A stretch of 64,000 nt of DNA, taken from positions 18,664,001 through 18,728,000 of the forward strand of contig NC_087252.1 in assembly GCF_037042905.1 (NCBI RefSeq), read 5' to 3'. The position numbers were made by a program, and so were the translations under genes. This DNA comes from Lytechinus pictus (taxonomy: Eukaryota). Below are positions 24,030-37,932 of this stretch, one piece after another (positions within the stretch are counted from its first letter, which is position 1; the number at the start of each line of letters is the position of its first letter). The notes beneath the pieces are model-generated. The model was given only the letters and a program-made list of their open reading frames with translations. It ran no database searches and was not told where the DNA came from.

Positions 24030-25518
24030 AAAGGGATGGTCCATACTGAACATATTTATATCTTAATAGAGTAAAATTTACAGAGCATAATGCTGAAAAT
24101 TTCATCAAAATCGGATTACAAACAACAAAGTTATGGAAATTTAAAGTTTATCAATATTTTGTAAAAAACAGTTATATGCACACCATCAGAAATATTCATT
24201 TGGTGGGCTGATGCCGTCACATCCACTCGTTCCTTTTTCTTATGTTAATACATGAAATCATTAATGTTTCATTCTTTCATACATGTGTAAATGATACGTC
24301 TCCATTATGATGATGTTATGTATAAGAAGAATTGTAAGAGCAATTACAATCATTTATTTAGTTATTTTCTCTTTAAGGATATTCATAGTGCTCATAGAAT
24401 GATTAAGAATATTCCAAAATGCCTACACCTATTTAAAGGCTGAGGAATTCTGTTAAAGGCTGAGGAATTTTGTTATTTCTGAATAGAGACTGCAACGCAA
24501 AAGAGATTCCTGGTGGTAGTGAAAAGAACAATAGGCTTAGCTATTTTGTTGACATTGTTAATTTCACTGAGGTCATACACGAACTTTCTAAAATTAGACT
24601 GCTCTAGAAATGGGCAGAATGTTCTTTTTGTAGACAATACTAGAAGCTTCCAGCACAGTGAATAATTTGTATATAAGCTGGCAGTTTCTTCAAGGACATG
24701 ATCATATCAGATCAGAGCTCAGAGTTTCACACCAGACTTTGTGTCAGTGCAGAGTTTATTTCCACCTGGAATATTTATCTTCTGTGGAATTATTTGCACG
24801 CCATCAATGAATTTTTTGCAGTTACTTTGAGAGAGGAATTCTCAGTTCTCATCGAGATCATCAACCTGTTTTAATGAACGCTTTTCAACCCATGGATTTT
24901 CTGAAATTGACTGTTAATCATCATCAACATCGTCTTCACAGCCATTTAAACTCGTTACAGTGACTCTTGTTATTCATCGTGCTTCAACATAAATTTCATC
25001 ATCGCCATCATTGTGAACTTTAATTTAAGGAATCTTCGCCAACCAACTTGGATCTTATTTGGATATAATATCATAACCTTGGATTGCACATCTAATTCTT
25101 CAAGGCATATAATATGTTTTTTTGTTTTTGTTTATGAATGATCTTTTTCCTGTAATAAAAGACATATTCTTATTCTTATTTGTTGCAGTATCGTAACAAT
25201 AAATAAGTTGCGGCAATAAATAACTAATGCAATTAATCAGTTGTCAATCCCATTGTTTTAGTTCTTGGTAGAATTTTTTTGAATAATTCGATATAGTAAG
25301 ATTCAAAAGAACAAGTGGGGATATGAAATCATCAGCCCACCTAATGAATATTCATAAAGACATGTATAGAACTGTTTCCCCGGAATAATGCAAATCTTTT
25401 AAATTCCATTGTTATTTGTTATCCGATTTTATTTTGATCAAGTTTTCAGCATTTTGCTTTGTGAATTTTACTCTATTTATTGAGATATAAATATTTCCAG
25501 CCTGGATCATCTCTTTAA
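24030..25518. mobile_element. Kolobok-like MITE with long imperfect TIRs
   Basis: AAAGGGATGGTCCA… and …TGGATCATCTCTTTAA, with inverted arms ~24030-24220 and ~25320-25518. A related decayed copy lies at ~59550-60035. Confidence 0.7.
24314..25198 (+). mobile_element. Solo LTR of a second family, nested in the MITE
   Basis: TGTTATG…CGTAACA ends, TATATAAG at ~24670, AATAAA at ~25154, and a degenerate ATGA/ATAA flank duplication. Confidence 0.65.
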
Positions 25519-25645
25519 TAACAGTTTTGGTACTTACTGGTCCCTCAGCATCTGGTTCATAAATCCTGGCATCTCTGTATTTGCAAAATTAGTTGTGAAA
25601 AAAAAGGTGTCAAATAATTATTATTCATCGCTCTTCTTGCTGAAG

Positions 25646-25879
25646 GAAATATTCGATTGGTTGGAAGCTTACATGCCCGTGTGGAACTTAAACAGAATGG
25701 AGAATGGGGAACGGTTTGCGACGACTCCTTCGATGACAATGACGCTCAGGTGATATGTCGTTCGCTAGGATTTGACAGTGGAGAGTCTAATGATGTTGGG
25801 GAATGCTCTCACAATGGATGGGAAATCCCTGACAGCGAGCATTCTAAAGGCGCAGGGATTACATGTCACGGGATGGAAG
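25646..25879 (+). pseudogene. Degenerate SRCR (scavenger receptor cysteine-rich) domain exon
   Basis: IRLVG…RVE…GEWGTVCDD.FD..DAQVICRSLG…AGITC. AG/GT-bounded with phase 1-1. The central FG.G.G.I.LD.V.C segment is missing. Confidence 0.8.
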
Positions 25880-27104
25880 GTATAGTATGCGTAATCATTT
25901 GTGCTTGTGAGGGTGCGTGTGCGTTTGTGTGTAAGAATTTGAATTTATTAACAAACTTCATTCACTTGACATAAACATTTCGTTTCACTATATATACAAT
26001 GATAACCTAAACAAAAATATTTACAGCAGTATATCATATAAATCGGTAATACACCAATACATTTTCCATATATTTCCAATTAATTGGATTATGTATGCTG
26101 TATACATAATTCAAAGAGAAATAACGTATTGAAATTTAACATAGGAAAATAATAGGACAATGCAATATAATGTAACATATATGCATATGTTGGTGGGGAA
26201 GGTTTGACAGGCTTATCCGGGGTATGATTGTGTGCTGATTCCAAAAATGTCACTCTTATTGACCGTACTCACGCCAGTTTCGCAATTTTTGACCAAAAAT
26301 GACAATTTGACCACTCTTTGCAAATGGTCCCTAAACAGAATGCTTTTGTAACCACATCCAATTAAAAAGGTCTATCCTAACTAAAAATGCACCCAGATTC
26401 CAGATAAAGTGGTTTCATTTGCCAAATCACAATCAAAGTTGTCATTTTGGCCATGTTTTGACCCAAAATTTGATCCGAAATGTGTTACAAATAGAACTAC
26501 GATTGGATGTCTTTAGAAATCCAAATTTGTTTTTAAAATGTGCACTAGATCATAACAATCAACTGCATGTAATTCATTCCGTCAGTTTTGACCTATGAGG
26601 GTCATTTTGGGTACTTTAGACATAACTGACCATTCGTGCAGTTGTGCATTATAAAATGTTCAAATAAGCAGGAAATTGAGGTCTTGAGCATGTTTCATCT
26701 TCTTCCCTTATTAAATGGGAATGCATTCAAAGGTCCTTCTTCTGTAGAATTTTATGTTGATTCCAAATATATCAGTCTTAATGACCCTTTTCAACAACTT
26801 ATGGTCATTTCGGCCACCTATGGCCCTCAAATGACCAATAACATCAGTTAATTTTATCCAAAAATAATGGTACCAGAATCATTACAAGGGTGTGCTGTGA
26901 CACCTAACATTTGTGCATTAATCCTTTGAATTGAACATATCAAAAGTATTTGACCTAATGTAAGTTATTCTATCAGTTTTGGTAGTCAGGGATTTGAAAT
27001 CTTGAACAGAGTGTTTTATTATAAGATGGGAATGCATTTAATGTCTGTCTTGTGTATAATTTATACTGGTTCTAAGAAAATCGGTATTGTTGACCCCTTT
27101 TTAA

Positions 27105-27629
27105 CTCTTTGTCCGCCGTGCACGGAATCCCCTATTGCCGGATTAATTCTGTGGACACCAGAAATGGGTGCTCTGGATTTGCATGCGTAGTTTACAGGGC
27201 TGTAACTTTTTTATGCTTTTTCCTACAGAAAAATGTTCTACAGTAAAGTTGTAGAGTATGAAATTAGCTTTCTATTGATGTATATTTCATGAATATTTAT
27301 TCATGTTTAGAAGATATATCTCTGATCAATGTAAACCTTCAAGTTTCAATTGGCAAACTATAAGTGTACAGGCTATTCATTCCCAGATTTTTACAAAATA
27401 TGAGAACAAGCTACTTATAACCCTTTTGTCAAAGAATAATAGTACAGGCCAATAAAGCCTAGGCTATTTTTTTCAATGGCAAGGCAGGAAGTGCAGCTTA
27501 GGGAGCTTAGCTTTTGTGATTGATAGCTCTGTATAAATCAATGTAATCGGATTGTCGTGAGATTTGTGCCGATCAGCGTACTTGGCGAAGGAGCAAGTGT
27601 GTCAATCGGCGAACTTGGCGGACAAAGAG
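27105..27629. mobile_element. piggyBac-like MITE
   Basis: TTAA|CTCTTTGTCCGCC … GGCGGACAAAGAG|TTAA: a perfect 13-bp TIR with TTAA TSD. Confidence 0.85.
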
Positions 27630-29334
27630 TTAAAGCCTATGGTAGTTTTTGACACTTCTTGGACCCCCAAATGACCAATACCATCCGTTCAATTTATCCC
27701 AAAATACTTCAAATGTTACCAGAGCCGTTACAAGGGTGTGCTGTGACACCTAACACTTGTGTGTGAATCCTTAAAATTGAGCACTCGCAAAGTATTTTGA
27801 CTACCTTGGTCATTTTGGCCATCTTGACCCCTGCCCAATGTGTATGTTAATTCAGCCTATAACGAACATGGTGAGGAGACATTTAGGATTGCGTTAATAG
27901 TACATTAGCACCAATAATTGTTGAATGGGGAAATTGGGAAAGCTTTTGGGTGAATATCAATGCAATTATTCAAAATAGACCAGTGTTATTTGCCTAACTA
28001 TTGGACCCTGTGGTTATTTTGACCACTTTTTCCTCAATAATGACCAGTGACCAAACATGTTTTGATGATTAAAAAGGGCTCAAATGTTGGTCAGTATCAT
28101 TATCAGCATGAGCTACCAATAATTGGTGATGAGTGTGGATAAATGTGATAAAATCCTTTACATCGAGCAAACAAAGTTGTTTGACCATGCACTGAGGTAA
28201 TTTTCACGATTTAGCCTCCTTGACCACATTGTAAATGTTTATGGAAACTTCACATATATGGGGCAGCAAATTCAGAAAAGATACATTTTAGCATCATTTA
28301 TTGTTAGGACATACTTATTTTCTAAACTTTCTGAAATAGATTAATATAATGATTCCAAATATACCAGTCTTTAGTGGCCATTTTGGTCACTTTTGGTCCC
28401 GACAATTAGACGGGTCAATATATGGTTTGACCCGGAACAAATTGCAACAAATGATTTTTCAACTGTTTCTGGCAGTATTTGACCTCAAGAATAACATACA
28501 AAAAATCTACCAAAATCCGCATCTGGAAAAGTGGTTATTTTCAAAATGGCGTCCAAGATGGCCGACATTCACTAAAAATGGATATAACTCACTCATTATC
28601 CACCCTAGAATCCTATTTGGGTTCATATTCCATGGTCCAATGGGTAAACAAATTTATTTATACAAGTTAGAGTGAATATTAGCACTCCATGGTACCAGGA
28701 AAATCCAAGATGGCGCCCAAAATGGCTGCCGTAGTCTAAAAAATCCACAATTCATCTAATACTTACTTAAGTGGCTTTAATTTGGTTTCCATTCGATTGT
28801 TTTATTGATGAAGTAGTTCATCGGGACAAGTTACAAGGACAGCCAGTGGTCTGGTGTGTTAAAAAATACAAGATGGCTACCAAAAATTGAGTTTGAAATG
28901 GCTGATTATCCTTAAAATGGACATAGCTCATATCACATCTACCTGAGAGATATGATTTTGGTGTCTAGACCATGGTTTCAATGGTCAAATAATACATTGT
29001 GGCAAGTTACAAGGACAGTCAGTGGTCCGGTATGTTCAAAAATCCAAGATGGCTTCCAAAAATGGAGTAAAAAATGCTGTTTCTACTTAAAAAAAACCCA
29101 CATAGTTTGTTCAATATCCGGGAATATGATTTTTGTGCCTATACCATGGTTAAATGGGTCAAATAATAAATTGGGATAAGTTACAAGGACGATGGGTGGT
29201 CAAGTATGTCCAAAAGTCCACGGTGGCTTAAAAATAGTATCAATTAGCCGTGATGGTATTCAAAAATGGACATAGTTCATGTTATATTCGTCAAGGGCAT
29301 ATGATTTTGTTGCCTATATCATGGTTTCAAAAGG

Positions 29335-29662
29335 AAGAAAATTATCATTTCTGAAGGTTTCCATGGCGAAGAAGAATAGTGTAGTAGGTTTCACGGTACA
29401 CCATGTATTCTTTCTTGGGCATATGTTGGTCCTGAAAAGGACCACCCAATCTCGACGTTTCGACAAGTGTGTTCTTGTCGTCCTCAGGAGAATGAGCAAA
29501 GTTTGTAAAAGCAGGCCTTATATACTCTGTCGAAGTGCCGTATGCACGGTATCTCGCAGGGTACATGTCTCTGATTGGCTAAATAGGTCACATGACATCC
29601 ACATATGCGGACGTGGGTGACAACACACAAATTGGGCGCGCAAAACCAGCGACGAAGAAAAT
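29335..29662 (-). mobile_element. Penelope-like pseudo-LTR fragment
   Basis: Interrupts the tandem array. Carries CCAAT, TATATAAG, an Inr-like TCATTC and a hammerhead motif. Confidence 0.75.
29450..29491 (-). ncRNA. Minimal type I hammerhead ribozyme
   Basis: TCTC-CTGAGGA-C-GACAAG-aacaca-CTTGTC-GAAA-CG-TC-GAGA: conserved core, stems I and II, and a palindromic minimal stem III. Confidence 0.85.
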
Positions 29663-31844
29663 TAGTTACAAGGACAGCCAGTGGTCCAGTATGTCGAAAA
29701 TCTAAGAAAGCTTCAAAAAATCGGAGTCTAAAATGACTGCTGTTACTTTTAGAATGGACCAAGAAGATATGATTTCGGTGTCCACACTATGGTTTCATGG
29801 TTAAAACAATACGTTTGGACTGGTTACATTAATATGCAGTTGTCCAGTTTGCCTAAAACACAAGAGGGTTTTTAAAAAAGGAATCTAAAAGGAATCATAT
29901 TTAATAGTGGTCAGAGTTCTACAATATATTTATCTGTAAGAAATAATGTTGGTGTCCAAATTGTGGTATGAAGGGTCAAATAATACAATCAAACAAGTAA
30001 CAAGGATGGTTAGTACTCAATTTTGTCAAAGAATCCATAATGGATTCTAAAATTTCATCAAAATGGGTGCTGTTACCAACTCATGAAACAATAACTTGTC
30101 CCCATGCATTTAAGTGTAAGAACCAAGATTATTTATAACAGGTAGATATTTTACGTAACAGTAGTCACTTTAGAACCCATTTTTTTAGGCCAACTTGGAT
30201 TTTGAGGCAAAATGGATAGCTGCATATCATGGTAACCAGTCCCAAAGTATTGTCTGGCCCTTGAAACCCTAGTGTAGACACTAAAATAATATCCCTGGGG
30301 TGTATTTATAATGTTCTACATCCACTTTTAAGTAACAGCAGTCATTTAAGACCCCCATTTTTAAAGCCATCAACTTAACCCAATGTATTGCTTGCCCTGT
30401 AAACTCTAGTATAGACAGCAAAATCATACCTCCAAGGTGTATTTATAATAAACTATGCATACTTTTAAGTAGCAACAGTCAACTTACACCCCATTTTTAA
30501 AAAGTAATCTTGGATTTTTTACATACCGACAACTGAGTGGTCTTGTAACTTACCCCAGTGTATTACTTGACATTTTTAAACCATGGTCGAACACCAAACT
30601 CATATTCCCCAGACAGATATTAAACAAACTATGTCCTTTTATAAGTAACATCAGACATTTTTTACTCCACTTTTGGAAGCCATCTGGTAATTTTGGACAT
30701 ACTAGACCACTGACTGCCATTGTCTTGTCCTAATATATAATTTGACAATTGAAACCATAGTTTAGACACCGAAATCATATCTCATAGGCGGATTTAAAAT
30801 GAGCTATGCCACTTTTAAGAATTAACATCCATTTTAAAATCAGGTTTTGGAAGCCATATTGGAGTTTTGGTCATACCAGACCACTGACTGGCCTTAAACC
30901 TGTCCTAATGTATTATTTCGGCCCTTAAACCAGGGGTTTAGACACCAAAATCGCATCTCCCATGGCGATATGAAATAAGCTGTCCGCTTTAAATAGCAGC
31001 AGTCAATTTAGAATCAATTTTTGGAAGCCAACTTAGATTTTTTTTTGGACCGACCAGGCCACTGACTGTCCTTGTAACTTGCCCTAATCTATTAATTGAT
31101 CCTTGAAACTAGTGGTTTAGACACCAAAATCACATTTCCCAGGCTGATATGAAATGAACTTTGTCCGCTTTAAGTATCAGCAGCATATTTTTAAGATCAA
31201 TTTTTTGACGCCATCTTCGATTTTTGGACATACCAGACCATTGACTGTCCTTGTAACTTATCTTAATATATTATTTGACCCTTGAAACCAGTGGTTTAGA
31301 CATCAAAATCACATATCCCAGGCCAAAATGAAATGAGCTTTGTCAGCTTTAAGTATTAGCAGCCATTTGAGAATCATTTTTTTTAATCCATCGGGGATTT
31401 TTGCACATACCAGACCACTGACTTTCCTTGTAACTTGTCCCAATGTATTATTTCACCCATTTAACCATGGTATAGACACAAAAATCATATTTTTGGACAT
31501 TGAGCAAACTATGTCGTGTTTTTTTAAGTAGCAAAAGCAATTTTTGACTCCATTTTTGGAAGCCATCTTGGATTTTTTAACATACTGCACCACTGACTGT
31601 CCTTGTAACCTGTCCCAATGTCTTATTTGACCATTGAAATCATGGTCTAGACACCAAAATCATTGTCCCAAGCGGATATGAAATGAACTATGTCCATTTT
31701 AATTATCAACAGCCATTTTAAACTCCATTTTTGGAAGCCATCTTGGATTTTTGGACACACCAGACCACTGGCTGTCCTGTTAACTTGTTTCAATGTACTA
31801 TTTCACCCTTAAACCATTGAATAAAAAACAAATTTAGATGAATT

Positions 31845-32582
31845 CCATATCTGAATAATGGAATTTTAGCCTGGGGAAATGCCTCTAAGACAAAACTTGA
31901 ATCCATACTTAAAATTAAAAAAAGAGCCGTGAGGATAATTTCTTCTTCTGACTTTCTGGCTCATACTAATCCGCTATTTTATTCAAACAAGTTATTGAAA
32001 GTAACCGATTTATATTATTATTTTGTTGGTATATTTATGTATCAACTAAATAGACGGGAATTACCGAGTGTATTATCTGATTTGCTTGTTCAAAATCAAG
32101 AAATCCATTCCTACCCAACTCGACAAGTACACAATTTCCACATTTACCCAGTGCGCACTGTTCTTGCCCTTAAATCATTTACTTTTACAGGGCCTTCCTT
32201 TTGGAATAATTTAGACACCCATATAATTGAGGCGGCCTCTTTATATTCTTTTAAATGTAGGCTGAAAATATTTCTTTTACAATCGTACGCTAGTGGGTAA
32301 GCGCCTTGCTCGAGTGACTATTATGTAGAACTCTTTATAATGTATTATTTTTCTACATTTGATTTATCTCGCTTCATTGCGTTAGGAGTTTTTAATCCTT
32401 GATTATTTTCTTCTGGGAACCTATATGTCTACAAGCTTTGCTTTTTAATAGGTTCCTCATATTTCACGATATTGTATTTCTTTGTAAAACACTACAACTA
32501 TGTATTTTCTGTCATCTTCTCATAATTATGTTCAAGATGTATGTTTTTGTGGAATGTGAAACAATAAATCAAAATCAAATCA
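31845..32582 (+). mobile_element. 5'-truncated CR1/L2-group LINE 3' end
   Basis: ORF 31929..32300 (HTNPLF…HSYPTR…GPSFWN), an (AAATC)n tail and an AATT duplication. Confidence 0.85.
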
Positions 32583-35500
32583 AATTGTGGAATTTCAGCC
32601 TACGGCAGCCATTTTGGGCTCCATCTTGGATTTGCCAGGTACACTGGAGGGATTATAATTCATTCTAGCCTAAATCAATTTTTTTTACCCCCAGACCATG
32701 GAATATAAACCGAATTAGGATTCTAGGGTGCATAATGTGTCAGTTGTATCCATTTTTAGTGAATGGCGGCCATCTTGGACGCCATCTTGAAAATAACCAC
32801 TTTCCTGTATGCGGATTTTGGTAGATTTTTAGTATGTTATTCCTGAGGTCAAATAGTACAAATACCGTTGAAAAATTATTTGTTGCAATTTGTTCCGGGG
32901 AAGGCAATTTTTGGTCGTATATTGACCCGTCTAAATGACCAATGACATTTGAGTGTATCAAAAAGGATTCAAATATTGTTGTCGCTCTGTATTGTTAATA
33001 AGATGTATAATATTAATCATAATCAGTGACAAATTATTGATTCCAAAATAATACTACTTAGTGTAAATAAAAATGTTGTGATTATTTTGCCCATTTTGGC
33101 CACTTGACCATTTATCCAATGTATGACTTTTGTAAATAAACATGACTTAGGAGCAATTATGGAAATGCGTTCAATCTTTTTCGATTGGGAATATTAAAAG
33201 CTCACTTTGAGTAAGAAATTTGCCAAATACCTCACCACAGTTTAATGTGGCCCTATTGGTCACTGCATGGTCCTTAAATAGCCATAACATCACCCCCTTT
33301 TTATTTTAGATAAGTATACAGAGTGCTATGTCCTGGATGAAGGCACTAATCCTCAATTCAAACGTGCGTCATTACAAAGCAATTGGTCAAAGTGAATACC
33401 AAGATTAGATTTGACCATCATGCATTTTTACTACATTCGCTATTTGTATAATGTTTCACAAACCTCACATTAGCATGATTGGTCAAGTTGAAAGTGGAAA
33501 ACTTGCCCTAAATTGTTAAAAAGTGGCCCAAAATTTTATTACCCAGTATTTCTTCAAAAGAATTAAGGGTAAATTTGCTGCTCACCAATCATGCCCATGT
33601 GAAGTTTGCCAAGCATAGTACGAAAAAAAACCAAGATGGTCAAAATGATTGATGGTCTTTGTAAATTTTACTGTGACCAATTTTGCTTTGTAATGATTCT
33701 CAGTATAATTTGACTTTCAAGAAGGGAAATAATGCTGGCTATTTAGGACCATATAGTGACCAAAGGGGCGACAGTAGACAGTCGCAAGCTAATTTGCACA
33801 ATTCTTACTCAATGTGAACCTCATGATAATTTGCTCCTTCATATCCCCACTCATAATACTAAGATAACTTTGGGAGATCGTGCTTTTGCCTGTCAAACTT
33901 AAACTACAAACATATCTGTTCAAATAATTTCCACACATTTCTTTACCCCCCTTTCTAATTTTGTTCTCAATCATTTCACCAGCTATTAATTGCAGTGCAG
34001 TAGAATATATGCACATAGTTTCTGCGCTATATAAATCAGTATATATTATTATTTCCCATCAAAAGGGATTAAACGCATTTTCATAGACCTACATTTGCTG
34101 CTCAGTCATGTTCATTTCAAAATTCACATTGGATAAATAGTCAAAGTAGCCAAAAAGACCAAAATGGTCACATTTTGATAATGTATTATTAGTGATATCA
34201 TATTGAATTAAACAATATGTCACTAATTAGGATTGATATACTACATCTTACAAATAATACAGAGCAACAACATTGGAATCCTTTTGATACATGCAATTGT
34301 CATTGGTAATTGTAGGGACCAAAAGTGACCAAAATGACCCCAAAAGACTGATATATTTGAAATCATTGCATTAATCTACTTCATAACGTTTTGTAATATG
34401 TCCTTTCTAACATTAAATGATGCTAAAAACATCTCACTCGTGACTTTGCTGCCCACTATATTTGTAGTTTCCATGAATATTTACAAAGTGGTCTACGTGC
34501 CTAAAATCAAGAAAATGACACAAGTGCATGGTCAAACAATTTTATGTATACTCGATGTGAAGGCTTTTATCACATTTATCAACACTCTTGATTATTTTTG
34601 TCAAAGCTCGCACTGAAAATGATATTAAGCAACGTTCGAGCGCTTTTTAAATCGAAGAATGTGTAGTCACTAGTCATTATTGAGGAAAAAATTATCAAGA
34701 TGACCACATTGTCTAATAGTTAGGCCAATAACACTGGTTTATATGAAATCATTGCATTGATTTATAGCCAAAAGCTTTCAAGCTCTCCCATTTATTATTT
34801 ATTGATGCTAATATTAACGCAATCCTGAATTGTCGGCTTACCATGTTCGCTCTAGGCTGAATTGGTATACACATTGGGCAGGGGTCAACGTGGCCAAAAT
34901 TAACAAGGTAGTCAAAATATTTTTGGGATACTCAATTTTAAGGATTAATACACTAGTGCCAGGTGTCACACCACATCCTTGTAACGATTTATTAACATTC
35001 AAGGTATTTTTTTGGATAAATTGAACAGTTGAAGTATTGAACAGATGGTATTGGTCATTTTGAGGGCCGAAAATTGCCAAAATTAACCTAAGCTAAAAAA
35101 GGGTAATTCAGAGTGATATATTTGGAATCAGCATAAAATTCTACACAAGACGGACATTGAAATGCATTCCCATTTTATAAGGGAAGATAAGAATACGCTG
35201 AAGACCCAAAATTCCTACTTATTGCACAGTTTATTATGCAAAACTACGCGAATGGTCAGTTATGTCTAAAGTACCCAAAATGACCCTCATAGGTAAAAAC
35301 CGATGGAATAAATTACATAAGGTCAAAATACTCTTTGAGATGTTCAATTTAAATGATTAATACACTAATTTTAGGTGTCACTGCACACCCTTAAAACAAT
35401 TGTGGTAACATTGAAGCATTTTTGAATAAGTTGAACTGATGTTATTGGTCATTTTGAGGGCCATAAGTGGCCAAAATGACCATAAGCTGTTGAAAAGGGT

Positions 35501-37932
35501 CATTAAGAATGATATATTAGAAATCAGTATAAAAGTCTATACAACAAGGACCTTTGAATGCATTCCCATTTAATAAGGGAAGAATATGAAACATGCTGAA
35601 GACCTCAATTTCCTGCTTATTTGAACAGTTTATAATGCAAAACTGCGCGAATGGTCAGTTGTGTCTTAAGTACCCAAAATTACCCTCATAGGTCAAAACT
35701 GACGGAATGAATTACATGCAATTGATTGTTATGATCCAGCGCACATTTTAAAAACAAATTTGGATTTCTAAAGACATCCAATCGTAGTTCCGATCAATAT
35801 TTGTAACACATTTCGGACCCAATAATCATGAAAATTGTCATTTTGGGTCAAAACATTGCCAAAATGACCACTTCGATAGTGATTTGGCATATGAAACCAC
35901 TTAATCTGGAATCTGGGTGCATTTTTAGTTAGGATTGACCCTATTAATTGTATGTGGTTACAGAAGCATGCTGTTTAGGGACCATTTCCAAAGAGTGGTC
36001 AAATGGTATTTTTTAATCAAAAATTGGCGAAAATGGCGAAACTGGTGTGAGTACGGTCAATAAGAGTGACATTTTTTGAATCAGCACACAATCATACCCC
36101 GGATTAGCCTGTCAATCCTTCCCCACCAAAAATTCTGAATAAAGCCATCTATCTCCTAGACTATATCTATTTATCGAACACAGCTCAGAAATTAACTTAA
36201 ATGTATATGATTTCTGATAAATATACATCTTTGGCGTCTTTGCTATACCTTGGATTTTAAATAGCCTAGATTAAGGAAAAAAGAGAGGAAAAAGTATTGA
36301 TGTTAGAACTCCCCTCTCATATTTATAATGCCTTTAATTAAGTTACAGAAATGATCAATTATGTTTTCATTTTCAAGTTTAATTATGTATATAAATTTGT
36401 CTTCATCGCTAAGATCTTTAAATTGCTCATGCATTTCAGCTATTTTGTCCAAAAATACGCCCCTTTCATTTGTGTGTACATGACATTCCATTAACGTGTG
36501 ACACTCATCCCCAACCCTTCCTGAATTAGAATTATTGCACGTTCTGAAATGTGAGGGTGTTTTATCTGGGCGTATATGTCTTTCAGTTTCAAGAGGTAAA
36601 TTATGGGAACTTATTCTAAATCGACAGATGTTCTTTCGCATTTTCTGATTTTTGACAGTAAATAGATATTTCTCTGTTTATATATTCTGCTTAAAAATAC
36701 TTTTTCTCCATTTATTTTGCTCAACATCATTTGCAAAATCGTAACGCATGTTCAATAAGATGTAGCGATGGAAAATATCTTCTATTTTGGTTTTTATTTC
36801 TTCTTCAACTACTCTATCACTATTGACTATATCAACTAGTTCTAAACAATTATTATTTGCATCCAAAAATATGTTTAAGTTCAAGTTTGTCTTTATTTAT
36901 CCATATTGGAAATTTGTTTTATTCACAACTTCAAGTCAATAAACATAAAAAATGCCATATTAATACCTGTGTGTAATCAGGATTTCATTACAGTTTACCA
37001 CCTTCCTTAATTCCTTTACGGAGCTGTTGCAGATTTCCTAGCCAGCATTCGCATTTATTCTCAAATATCTTTTTGTTTTCTCCAAAGAGTGGCGTGACAG
37101 GGAACCATTATCTATAGTTCTCATCGTGCATAATGTTGTCCCAAGTTTCGGCAAATTTGTGTTATTATCAATGGATACATTCCAACTTCTACAAGTATTG
37201 CTAAGTGTCTGCTTCTTTTGTTAATTCATAAGACATTGCTTAACCATTGGAATTGGACACTCTGCTTTTCATTTCTTAAATATGGCTTTGAATTACCATT
37301 TGCATATTGCAAGTTCTGCTAATTTTTTAAGTTGACGGTAAAAGCACCCATACTTCCGGGCCATATAAATGTATTGGTTCTATTAAAGAGTCAAATAATC
37401 GTAATGCGGTTTTTATAGTCGGAAGGTTGTATAAAAAATCTCAGTAATCACTTCATTCAGCTTTACACTCAACTTTAGTTGTTATAGATATTACATGTTA
37501 CAATCCCATAAAAAATTGCTTCATACACCATGTTTCAGCATTTTATAAATCCACCTTTTGTGTTCTCACGAATCTAAAGTTCGATGGCCTTCCTTAAAAC
37601 CTTTTTGGTTATTAACATAAATAATATTATTCATGAGGTATTTTACCAGACGTTTATTGACTACATATTATTTACCGGTGGAGCTTGGGAGGCATATACC
37701 TCGATAGTTTGCTGGATTGTTTCACACCGTGCTTTGAACAATGGTGTAATATGGCTTTCTGACAATTTTTGAGGAGTTTCCACTTACGACGACTAACTTG
37801 ACAATTTTTGCTAACACTGGTGAAAAATAGTACCTTCCTGCTTTCAACATTTCATTTAGAATCGCATCACAACCAGGTGCTTTCTTTGATCTATTTTTTT
37901 CACACATGCCAAGACCTCGGAAGATGATAAAG

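Larger units (their letters stand above)
28820..31830. repeat. ~175-bp tandem repeats in two opposed arrays
   Basis: The GCCATCTTGGATTTT anchor recurs at ~30679, 30853, 31027, 31210, 31388, 31562 and 31737. The reverse orientation occupies 28820-30070. Confidence 0.85.
26190..36163. mobile_element. ~10-kb foldback non-autonomous DNA transposon (Academ-like)
   Basis: 26190-28400 is the reverse complement of ~34310-36130, and 28400-28830 matches ~32590-32935. The right terminus is …CCTAGACTA; the left ~33 bp are lost. Confidence 0.8.

Noticed and set aside
28820..31830. CRISPR-like array
   Set aside because: Whole units are homologous with no unique spacers, the context is eukaryotic, and there are no cas genes.
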